DNA from: the human T2T-CHM13v2.0 reference genome, Homo sapiens
DNA: 64,000 bases
Reading direction: 5' to 3' (one strand)
NCBI RefSeq assembly: GCF_009914755.1
Contig: NC_060935.1
The translations under genes were made by a program, and so were the position numbers. Within the stretch, counting starts at the first letter, position 1. Each line of letters begins with the position of its first letter. The notes beneath the pieces are model-generated. The model ran no database searches. It was not told the DNA's origin and was given only the letters and a program-made list of their open reading frames with translations. Below are positions 48,220-64,000 of the stretch, in pieces.

Positions 48220-50526
48220 CTGAAATGAAGCGGGAATGAAGGGGAGAAAGACTATTACAAAACACAAGCTATTGTTTCTTGAACAATAACAAAAATCAGT
48301 AAGGCTGAAATCATTCAATGTTTAATCAAACTACTTATATCAGATGTGGATGACCAGAAGCAGGCTAAGTCAGATTTTGCAGAAATTACTCTTTGAACTA
48401 GGAAATCAGGACAAGATTCTAATGATGATGATGATATCTACAACAATAATAAAAGCAACAACACTATTAATATTATTTAAAAATATGCAGCAGGCTCTGT
48501 ATAAGTCATTTGTATATGTTATTTCATTTCACTCTTCAAAAACTTTTTTTTTTTTTTTTTGGAGACAGAGTCTCGCCCTGTAGCCCAGGCTAGAGTGCAG
48601 TGGCATGATCTTGGCTCACTGCAACCTCTGCCTCCTGGGTTCAAGCAATTCTCTGCCTCAGCCTCCCGAGTAGCTGGGATTACAGGTGCCCGCCACCATG
48701 CCTGGCTAACTTTTCTGTATTTTTAGTAGAGACAGAGTTTCACCATGTTGGCCAGGCTGGTCTTGAACTCCTGACCTCGTGATCCACCTGCCTCAGCCTC
48801 CTAGAGTGCTGCAATTACAGGCATGAGCCACTGCACTTGGCCTCAAAAACTTTTAAATGATTAGCATTATTATCATTCCTATTGTATATATGAGAAAACT
48901 GAGCTCAGATAAGTGACTTGTCCAAATCTACAAAGTGACAGGACCAGGAGACAAGCCAAGGTTAAGTCTGGCACCACTCCTCATGCCCTTATCAGAATCC
49001 TAAAGGTAACGATTTCTTAGCACATATAAAAGTAAGATCAAAACTCAAATTCCTACTCTACTCTAAACAATGCTACAGTCAACGAAATAAAAACACACTA
49101 GGTATCTTACAATTGTACATGTGACCTTCTGAAGGACAGTTCTTTAAAAAAAAATTTTTTTAACATTTAAATTTTTATCTAGCTAGCTAGCTATTATAGG
49201 GATGGAGTCTTGCTATGTTGCCCAGGCTGCTCTCCAAATCCTAGCCTCAAGCCATCCTCCTTCCTCAGTCTCCTAAAGTGCTATGATTATAGGCATGAGC
49301 CACTGTGCCCGGCTGAAGGACAGTTCTTATTACCAGTGCCTGTTTCCCAATTTTACGTGGCTTTTGTCTAAAGCATGGAGTTAAATATTATTGAAGTACC
49401 AGATTTTCATGTAGTATCCATTACGGAAAAGGTTATTAAGAATGTTTAACTGATACTTTTTTGGTTAATATATTTTCTTTCTTTCCTCTATACCAAAGGG
49501 AAGTTAAAAATATTTTTAAAAAGCAAAGTTGATAATAAGGGAACTCAAAAGAATTGAAAAATATTTAGTTTTTAAAGCAATATAAACAAATGTCTCTCTG
49601 CCAGTTCCTCTGGCTTTCAAAATATGTTGAAACTACATCTGCTTAAGTTCTTTGCTGATATTAAAACTTTATTTCCAATCCCACATAGTTACAAGCCCAC
49701 TAGAAAAGAGAAAACTTTAAAATCAAATATGTAATCACTTCCCTGGGAATTTAAAAAGGTTTAGTGAAAAGTAGAAATCTGATGTGCTCTGTGCATTACG
49801 AGAAGCAATACTTGTCCCTAGAAGACAATAAGACAGTGCTGTAAGGACTGCACAAAACAAGTATAGTGCAGGACAACTTGCTGAACTAAGTAATGTTATA
49901 AAAATTGGGAAGTCAGAGCTTACTATCTAATCCACATTCATAAGCAAACAAAAACATGAACCTAAACAAAGCACAAATGCTTTTTTTCTCCATACACTTC
50001 TGCATCTGCACAAACAGAGGTAATTCTAGTTCTTAAAAACCGGCCACTCCTGCCAGGTGCAATGACGCATACCTGTAATCTCAGCACTTTGGGAAGCTGA
50101 GGCAGGATGATCAGTTGAGGCCAGAAGTTCAAGACCAGCCTGGGGCAAGATAGCAAGATCCATCTCTATAAACATTTAAAAAAATAATTAGTTGAGTAGT
50201 GGGTATATGCCCATAGTCCTAGCTACTCAGGAGGCTGAGACAGGAGGACTGCTTGAGCCCAAGAGTTCAAGGCTGTAGTAAGTGCGACTGCATAACTGCA
50301 CTCCAGTCTGTGCAACAGAGAGAGACCCTGTCTCTAAAAACAAAAAACCTGGCTACTCTTAATGAATACTTATAAGTACAATTTCTCTTAGCACCCTTAT
50401 GTCACAGGTATAGTTGTTTGGCAGATACTTGCTAGAGAAGTCCACTTGGGTTAGAAGAAGAAAAGTGAAAAGCAGGACTTGATGACTGTACAGCTTTCTT
50501 GTAAAATAGCATCTTTTATACTGTAC

Positions 50527-50683
50527 CTAGTGAACGAGTTTTCGACGAGTGGGATGCTGAAATGGGGAGTCTGGGAGAACAGATTTCTTGAGAAGTATCT
50601 GCTTTGGAAGGCAGGCGACTGAAGCGTTGATCCAGTGCCATATCTACATCTTCTTCATCAGTAAGCAATGATGCTTTCATGAT
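50527..50683 (-). CDS. NUP98: NUP98-96 exon ~22 (IMKASLLTDEED...KTRSL)
   Basis: AG/GT boundaries, 157 nt. Confidence 0.95.
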
Positions 50684-51771
50684 CTAAAAAGGCAATATCT
50701 ATAGAATGAATGTGCTTCCCAGAATCAAAAGGCCATACCAAAAAAAAATGCAGTTTACAACAACCAAAAATATTGTTCCTCCTCAAGGCTGTGTACAGAG
50801 CTAGTATATTTGTGTGATGGATGGACCCCATTACACTGTGTGTGCCTGAAAGGCAGAATTCATATAATACTTCTCTTCTTTGTATCTATAGCGTCTCACC
50901 AGAGCCTGGCACACAGCAGTTGCTATGTTTGCTGATAAAATAATTTTAAAGTCAAACATAAGCCAAAGGTTAAACACATAACACACCAAAAGGCACTGGG
51001 ATAAAGGGAAGTAAAGACATAGCTTAAAGAAACCTGTGCTACTAGGTACTAAAATTTTTAAATTTTGTGGAGCACATACAGAGTCTTAAAAGTACCCTGT
51101 GATGTAGACAAAGTAATATTTTATAGAGAAAAATCAGTACTCACAGCTATTATATGACTTGCACAAAGTAATAAAGTTACAAAATTGGGATTGGGGCCGG
51201 GCTCAGTGGCTCATGCCTATAATCCTAGCACTCTGGAAGGCCAACGCGGGCAGATCACCTGAGGTCAGGAGTTCGAGACCAGACTGACCAACATGGAGAA
51301 ACCCCTTTCTCTACTAAAAATACAAAAAAAAAAAAAAAAAAAAGTAGCCAGGTGTGGTGGTGGTACACGCCTGTAATCTCACCTACACAGGAGGTTGGGG
51401 CAGGGGAATCACTTGAACCCAGGAGGTGGAGGTTGCAGTGAACCAAGATCACACCACTCCACTCCAGCCTGGGCGACAGAGCAAAGAAACTCTGCCTCAA
51501 AAACAAAACACAACAAAATTGGGATTGGAACTAGGACTCTGGATTCTAATGCAGTTAAAACCAGAAACCCTATCTACTAGTTCTCAATATAGCCTTATCT
51601 CCTTGAATAAGAGAATGAGGCCCAGACATTGGCCATATTCTTGTATTTTTTTTCCCCATTACAGTGAGCACTCAATGATCTTAATAACCAAGGAAGAGAC
51701 CTGATCCTATGCAATGGAGATAAAATATTAGTTTGGCTTTCTGTTACAAAAAAGGTGGGTTAGAACTTCAC

Positions 51772-51954
51772 CTGTAAGACATGTGGATTAATTCCCAGTG
51801 AAGATGCAATATGTGTTGAGGCAGACACAGGTTCCTGATCCTCAGGCATGCTCTCTTCTAACATGGTATCCAAAACTGGCTCCTGGGTGATATCTACCAT
51901 GTCACTGTCCAGTTCCACAACCCTCCCTAACTGCTCCACCTCTGGGCTCTGGCT
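51772..51954 (-). CDS. NUP98: NUP98-96 exon ~21 (SQSPEVEQLG...GINPHVLQ)
   Basis: AG/GT boundaries, 183 nt. Confidence 0.93.
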
Positions 51955-53064
51955 CTGTAGACAGCAGAAAGATCAGGAAAGCAGCATTAAATTATACCAA
52001 ACAGAAATAGATTCTAAATCAGATTTACTTTATTCAGAATATGATACAACAATTATTAGATTCAGCCCATTCTATGGTGAGGTAAGGTAGCAGATTTGCT
52101 AGAGTGATTTAAAATCAATTACCCCAAGATAAACCAGTACTTTGATCCAAATAAGGATTCATGTAGTCATCCCATTCTAATATTACGACCTGGTGTCTGG
52201 GACCTAAACCAGCACCCATGGTGAAACAAATGGTGGTCTTCAGAGACAAAGATTATGCTTTACTTGATCTAGCTAGCAACTACAATTTTCTGATTTACAC
52301 AGGGTCACCTTTTCCTAACACTGCCAGAAGACATTGGAAAAAAAGAACAAAAGGTACAAATATCAAAGTCTCCAGTAACTTTGCTTTTTCTTAAAAACAT
52401 TTAGAAATAAATTTCTAGTCAACACAATCTTGGGTCTGGAATTTAACTTTTGGGTTACTGAATCCTAAGGTTAGCTGGTCTCTACTTGTGCAGTACCACG
52501 TAAGATACGAGCACTATCTACTCTTCCAAAAAACAAAGTAATAATATTAGGAACAATTTTAATCTGGGAAGAATCCCTTTATGTTTAAAAATGTCAAGAG
52601 TTATATTTACATTTATTAAGCAGTTTTAAAGACAACTATGACTAACAGTCTATGATTTAAAAGGGTAAACACTCAAAGCTGAAACACACTGTAAATTAAT
52701 TGGTACAGTACAAATTCAATTACCTATATCCTAAAATGTTAGCAAATGACTAAGCCAATATTTGAAATATTTTCAAACCAAAAAAAATTCTAGACTGGGT
52801 TTGATGGCTCAAGCTTGTAATCTCAGCACTTTGGGAGGCCGAGGTGGGCAGATCACTTGAGGTCAGGAGTTCAAGACTAGTCTGGCCAACATGGTGGTGA
52901 AACTGTCTCTACTAAAAATATAAAAATTAGCCGATGTAGTGGCATGTGCCTGGGATTACAGGCACATGCCTATAATCCCAGCTACTCGGGAGGCAATGGA
53001 GGTTGTAGTGAGCCAAGACTGGGCCACTGCATTCCAGCATGGGCAACAGAATGAGACTCTGTCT

Positions 53065-53098
<34 letters not shown>

Positions 53099-53255
53099 TG
53101 AAGGAGGAAAAAGCCCTGGTAATGACACCCAGGGCTCCCACTTAAATTTTAAGAACAGTGGCTGGTCATGGTGGCTCACACCCATAATCCCAGCACTTTG
53201 GGAGACTGAGGTGAGTGGATCACCTGAGGTCAGGAGTTCGAGACCAGCCTGGTCA

Positions 53256-53438
<183 letters not shown>

Positions 53439-55138
53439 TCAAAAAGAAAAATAAATAAAATAGGCCAGGTCGTGAAGGCTTGATAAAATGGTTTATGGCT
53501 GTTTTCTGTGTCTAGCACATCACTAAGTTCAACACTTATTTATTTCGTTATTTCTATTACCTAATGCAGTGCTTGACACATGGTAGAGAAAGCAGTAAAC
53601 TATAAAAAGATAAGGAGAGTGAGTGGGAGGAAAGAAAAAATGGGGAGGGGGAGAGTGGTTCCAATTTACTATACTACTCAACAAAGGAACACTGCTAATA
53701 GCAAGAGATGCTTACCTTGAACACTGTTTCAGATAACATGAGAGGATTTCGTTAAATAACCAGATTAGAGACCTAAGGGACTCGTCGTATGTTTACGAAG
53801 AATGCTAAGGATCAAGGTTTTATTTATTCTATTCACACAAACAGACTTCAAACCTGTAAGATATCATCTAATAAGTGGACAAGGGGGAAGGGAATTACTA
53901 TGAAACTATGGTTAAGTGCCTAGAATGCCCTATATGTAAATTTTGTTGAAGTATATCTAAGTAACTGCAACATACTCCCCAAAGCTGTCTGTGTACTTAT
54001 TTTCCTGGATATCTTGGCAGATCAGGTACCCTTTTTAGGCCAGTCCTGAAAAAAAAGGTGTACTTAAAAAAAAAAAAAAAAAGATGGCTCAGAAGTAACT
54101 GAGGAAAGGGAAGAGAAAGCCTACTGGGAGGTCGATGGAAAAGAACGGCACGTATAGGAAGAAGCAGCCAACGAGGACACCATTTTAACTCTCCCTTTCC
54201 TACAGTATAATCTCTTGAAGGCAGCATCATATTTATTTCCAAATAATGGCATGGCCCATTACAAATACTAACTACACAGATTATATCTGTAAAATGATTG
54301 TCTAAATATATGGAGGGTAACGTTTCACAACTGAAACCTTCAATGACTTGAGATCTCTCAAAAGACTGTTCCTCATTGAAACAAGGCTGCCAATACCTAA
54401 CGATACAGCATTGCTTAATTCAGTAGGAAAAGTAAGATATATCAAGACACCCTCATTCAACAGAGTGAATGACAAGTCCAAGGTCAAACAGATATTTAAA
54501 TAATTCATACTGTCCTCTCAGGCAAACAGTTTGATCCAATATAACTACTATTATTGCCTGTCTCAAAAAGAACTAGTTTTCTAACTGTAAAGAATGTTTT
54601 TGGCTGGACGTGGTGGCTTATACCTGTAATTCCAGCACTTTGGGAGGCTGAGGCGGATCACTTGAGCCTAGAAGTTCGAGACCAGCATGGGCAACATACT
54701 GAGGCCCCATCTCCACAAAAAATAATCACTTTTTTCCTTTAAAAAAGTTTAAAACTTATTTAGGCAGGGCGCTGTGGCTCCTGGCCTATAATCCCAGCAC
54801 ATTGGGAGGCCAAGGCAGGATACTCATTTGGCCAAGAATCTGAGACCAGCCTGGGCAACACAGCAAGATCCTGTCTCTAAAACAATAAATAAATAAATTA
54901 GCTGGCATGATGGCATGCACCTGCAGTCCCAGTTACTTGGGAGGTTGAGGTGGGAAGGATTGCTTGGTCCCAAGAGTTCAACCAGCCTGAGGAACATAGG
55001 AAAACTTTGCCTCAGAAAAAAAAAAAAAGTCATTAACTTAAATTCACTTAGTGAACAATGCTAAGTTTCTGAGCAAGCCAATTAGCCTGCCTTGATGTTA
55101 CTGAACACAAGTTACACTTCAGTTATAAGGCTGAGGTA

Positions 55139-55351
55139 CACTCTGGGGACTGTTGTGGGGTGGGGGGAGGGGGGAGGGGGGAGGGATAGCTTTAGGAGAT
55201 ATACCTAATGCTAAATGACGAGTTAATGGGTGCAGCACAGCAGCATGGCACATGTATACATATGTAACTAACCTGCACACTGTGCACATGTACCCTAAAA
55301 CTTAAAGTACAATAATAATTTAAAAAAAAAAAGTTTACAAAAAAAAAAAAA
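55139..55351 (+). mobile_element. Heavily 5'-truncated young L1PA 3' end with 12-bp TSD
   Basis: L1 3'UTR G-rich tract ...GTACCCTAAAACTTAAAGTA plus polyA; TSD AAGGCTGAGGTA at 55127-38 and 55352-63; GAG rather than ACA (Ta) diagnostic. Confidence 0.93.
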
Positions 55352-57882
55352 AAGGCTGAGGTAAAAACCTACACGTATCTCTACCTGAGTGCCAAAGGCC
55401 TGAGGTCTTTCAACATAGTTTTGAAACCTGATTGCACATTTCAACCACCTGGGGAGAAGCATTAAAATATAAATATGCCTGAGCCCCATGCCAAATCTGT
55501 GGAATCTAAGTCAAGCTTACCAGGGCATTGATGCAGCCAGCTGGAAATTGGATCCCAGACCAGGATTTTGAAACTAATGTTCTAACCACAGAACAAAATA
55601 CTCTGCAACTACCTTAATTCATCTCTGTGACTAAGGTTTATCTGCCAACCAACATTTTCTCTAACCTAAAAGGTACAGGAGAGAAGATCACATGAAAATT
55701 TAGTTACCTTTATGTTTTCTGGTTGCTTAGATTTACTTGCTTTTTTTAAGAGCAAAAGCGAGGCTTAAGAACCAACTGGAAACAGGGGACTGACGATATT
55801 ATATAAAAGGTAATGGAACAAATGTGACCATTAAAGAAAAATACACATCTTCCTAAATACCTAAAGAAACAGGCCTCTCTCCCCCAAGAAAAAAAGAAGC
55901 TGAAGTTTTGCAATCAACCTCTTTAAGGGGTGAGGTGATGGTATGCAGTCATCTTGACACAGAGATGAGAAGACTGCTATTTCCAGTATACTCAAACGGC
56001 ACAAGTAGTTTCCCCATGCAAAGTAAAATGTAGGGTCTTTGGTGCTAATAACAAACCACTGGCATTTCCCATCAGCTTCACTTGGGTCAGTGAGCAATAA
56101 ATATGAAAGAATTCTCTAGAGTCCTACATTTCTGCTCCAACATACCAAGCTCAAGGCCTTAGAAAATAATGCAAGTAAACAAAACCTAAAGTCTGGACAT
56201 TTAAATACCTCTATCCATTTCTCTCATTTCTGCTCTTCCCAACCAAAAGGTCAAAGACCATTTCCACTTCCTCAGTCAAAGCTACTTGCCCATTTTAGGC
56301 TAGCCATGGTGACTCACGCCTGTAGTCCCAGCACTTTGGGAGGCCAAGGTGGGAGGATCACTTGAGGCCAGGAGTTCAAGACAACATGAGTTGAGGCCAA
56401 CATGGCAAAATCCCCTCTCTACTAAAAATACAAAAAATTAGATGAGTGTGGTGGTATGCCCTGTAGTCCCAGCTGCTTGGGAGGCTGAGGAATGAGGCTG
56501 CTTGAACCTGGGAGGCAGAGGCCACAGAGAGCCGAGACTGCACCAGTGCACTACAGCCTGGGCGACAACTCTTTCTCAAGGAAAAAAAAAGCTACTTGCC
56601 CATTTTAAATCCTTACTACCTCTTTTTGCTAGAACCTTGATCTGAAATTTTTGGGTGCTCAATTTTTCAAAGAGCTCTCACAAACACAAGTGTCAATATA
56701 GGAGTTTATAGTTATTTTTCTACTATTTCTATTCTGGCAATTAAAGAACCTAGAAACTACTGTCAACATTACAAACATTTTCCTGTCTGTCCATAAATGA
56801 AGCTTTTCTTTTTCAGCTGGGCCAACTGGAAAGAGGTTATCTTTAAGATCCTACATATTACTTTTGTTACAGAAAATAAGGCCATCTGACTCTTTCCCTC
56901 AGAAATACATATATTTATAATAAATATATATATAAGGTTATAAAAAATTAGGAAAGAAGGAGATGATACAAAGCATATGACAGACAAAATGAATATGGAT
57001 AACTGGAAAACCAAGTCTATAGCATTTCATTTGTCAATGGAGATTTCTTAGGGGCATTCTAAATGCTACCAAGATTATAAACATAAAAGTCAATATATTT
57101 CCAGTTTCCCACATTTATCATACCCTCCCCTCCCCTGTACGCGCAAACATGTATATACACACATTCTCCAGAAATGCCTCCTAAGAGATTATTTAATAAA
57201 TCATAAAAACCACACATTTCAGCAGCCATAAGAATTATAGCATGGAAAATACCAAAGGTCTAGCTTTCAGCAGCTGAGAGGTAGAGGATGCTTTACAAAG
57301 AAATCCCGTATCAATGATACAAGTAATTGCGATAAACAATGTAGGCCCTAATCTCCCCAAGCCAAATAATAATTCATTTACATTCCCAAACTATTTTTCA
57401 TAAAGATTATGTACTATTAAAATACAAATATCAAGGTTACCCGAAGTATAAGCAAACAACTTTAAAAAAATGGAGATTAAAAACCCTTTCAGAAAGCTAA
57501 TTTAACTTTTAAAAAACCATGGAGGTAAAGAAAAAGATTAAACTGCACATCAGGTAGTCAATAAAGGCAGAATTTACTGTGCATGAACCCACATGAGCAA
57601 ATCTTAAGTTAATCACTGAGCAGAGAATTCAGCAAGTCCAAATGAGAGAGAACAAAGGGTTTAAAAATGACAATCTGTAGAGGAATAATCCAAACAGCAA
57701 GAGAATTCTTTAAATCTCTCCAGTAAAAAGACAGATGCCTGCAAGACCTCACGCCCTCCCTTGCACTTGTTTCAACGTGATTGCCAATGTTTGTACTCTT
57801 CAAAGTTCCAAGGGTCATAAAACAGCTTTGTATTAGCTGAATGACTTGCTTTCAACTTCGGTATCACGGATTCCATTCAAAT

Positions 57883-57903
57883 TCACTGTCCTTTTTTCTC
57901 TAC
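57883..57903 (-). CDS. NUP98: Intron-read-through C-terminus of the NUP98-only isoform (VEKKGQ*)
   Basis: GTA GAG AAA AAA GGA CAG TGA in frame past the weak donor; matches the recalled short-isoform ending; candidate ATTAAA at 57192-97. Confidence 0.85.
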   Translation of the reverse strand, partial: VEKKGQ

Positions 57904-58068
57904 CTGAGGTGGAGGTGCAGGTTTGCCATTAAGAGCCATCTGCAAGGGCGTAGTCTGGCTTGCAGGAGGCAAAGGAGCAGTCTTCAACTTCTTTGTACTA
58001 GTTTTAGACGGATGCTCCTCCTCCTCTTCATCAGAATCCTGAAGGCCATACTTAGAAAAATGGGAGAC
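57904..58068 (-). CDS. NUP98: NUP98 exon ~20 with autoproteolytic site HF|SKYGL
   Basis: VSHFSKYGLQDSDEEEEEHP...APPPQ; His 58060-62, Phe 58057-59, Ser 58054-56; 165 nt. Confidence 0.98.
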
Positions 58069-58905
58069 CTAAGGAAGAGAAGAACCCCACAAAACAACTT
58101 AAACATTATGCTTTCCCAATACCTGCCTTTGCAATCTTGCAGCATTACCTTAAGAAAAAAGAAAGAAAAGGGGAGAAATATCTAAGTATTTAAAGCAAAA
58201 TATATCACCTATCACACTTTTATCTAAGATTTAGAAGACGTTTGATGTATGCTCTAGTTGCTCATACTAGTAAATTAATAAAGATTACATAATATACATT
58301 AAAATGTCATTTAAACTGTAATCATTAATATAGGAAACTTAATCCAAAGACTTGTTATTATTTTCACAGACATATATTGCCTGTTATCCTCTATCTACCC
58401 AAGGGCCTTTAACAAGTTAAATAATTCAACCAGCCTAGAATGGGAGGAAATCATTGGATTAAACTATTACGGACAGTCAACCTCTTCATCTCCAAAAATC
58501 TTTAAAAGTAAGAATGACAATTACATAGGAAGAGTTGATCCAATAGACACCTGCCTGATGAATTACTGAAGTCCCTAATGATGACAAACATTAGAAAAAC
58601 TACACCTTAGAAATGTATTTATAAATCCTCATAGGAGTTGGGTAGAGGACTTGAATCACGAGCCCACAGTTTGTAAGAACTCATTACTGCTGAATTTTAA
58701 CTAGGTTTGTAGTTTGGAGTGAATCATAATGTATCTGTACATCTCTCTCCAAATTTCTAAAAATAAAGAGAATTTGGCTGGGTATAGTGGCTTACACCTG
58801 TAATCACAGTACTTTTGGGAGGCCAAGGAGGGAAGACTGCTTGATCCCAGGAGTTGGAGACCAGCCTGGTCAACACTGAGAAACTCGATCTTTACAAACA
58901 TTTTA

Positions 58906-59055
<150 letters not shown>

Positions 59056-59154
59056 TCAATCAATCAATAGAATTTAGCAAAGGATCCCTTCCAACATAAA
59101 CGTTATGTGACTCCAAATATAGTTTATAAAAGTCTGAACTGGGTTAAATGACTA

Positions 59155-59352
<198 letters not shown>

Positions 59353-59899
59353 TTAAAGTAACCAATTAAAGTAAAAGCGCTTCATATATAAGACCAGAAA
59401 GCCACCTAACACATAAATAGTGAATAATGGTAACTATGCTGCCTTGGAATTATTCTGCATGTGTCATAAACTTGAGTTTTGCCCCATAAGCTTAAGAGCA
59501 AGGAGTCACTCCTACATTGACAACTCAATATCTGGTTCTAGAGTCAGACTGCATTTATTTAAATTACCATGGTACATCAATTATTTCCAATCTCATTTTC
59601 ACACTTAAGCTAGGAATCACTAACTTATTTAAGTTACAGTCCAGTGGTACGAACCAAGTCTTATGCAGGTCTTAAAGGGCTACCGTACTAAATAATAATA
59701 AAAAACAGCTACTACCCATTTACTAAAAACAAATGCTTAGAAAATGAAGTATCAGGAATATCGGTATGAAGATGACTACAAGAGTGGTGGTGTACCACTT
59801 CTAATATTAATACCAGAGTTCAAGTGTTGTATCCTATTCATTTTGTATGCCTTACATCTAAACACAGTGACTACTAGGATGTAATAGGTAGATGCTGCT

Positions 59900-64000
<4,101 letters not shown>

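Overview
Human (primate) genomic DNA that I recognise from the encoded proteins as the 11p15.4 ART1-CHRNA10-NUP98 locus. + strand: the four coding exons of ART1 (GPI-anchored arginine ADP-ribosyltransferase), which splice to 984 nt = 327 aa. - strand: the complete 5-exon CHRNA10 CDS (nAChR alpha10; 1353 nt = 450 aa), convergent with ART1. Also - strand: the last 15 coding exons of NUP98, covering the end of the autoprotease domain, the HF|S cleavage site and all 937 aa of NUP96, plus the intron-read-through end of the NUP98-only isoform. All junctions were placed by hand at GT/AG with consistent phases; exon numbers are from recall. The rest is Alu-dense intron with a near-complete Tigger1, L1, MLT and MIR relics, and four small-RNA retrocopies (Y4 x2, U13, U6). 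I see no convincing wholly new biological system. Best leads: a duplicated Y4-Alu chimeric cassette bracketing the ART1 GPI exon; candidate extra terminal/poison exons in the NUP98 intron that decides NUP98-only versus NUP98-96 output; a MIR-derived ART1 start exon with an overlapping uORF; a hair-cell TF motif cluster upstream of CHRNA10; and two local inverted repeats in NUP98 introns.
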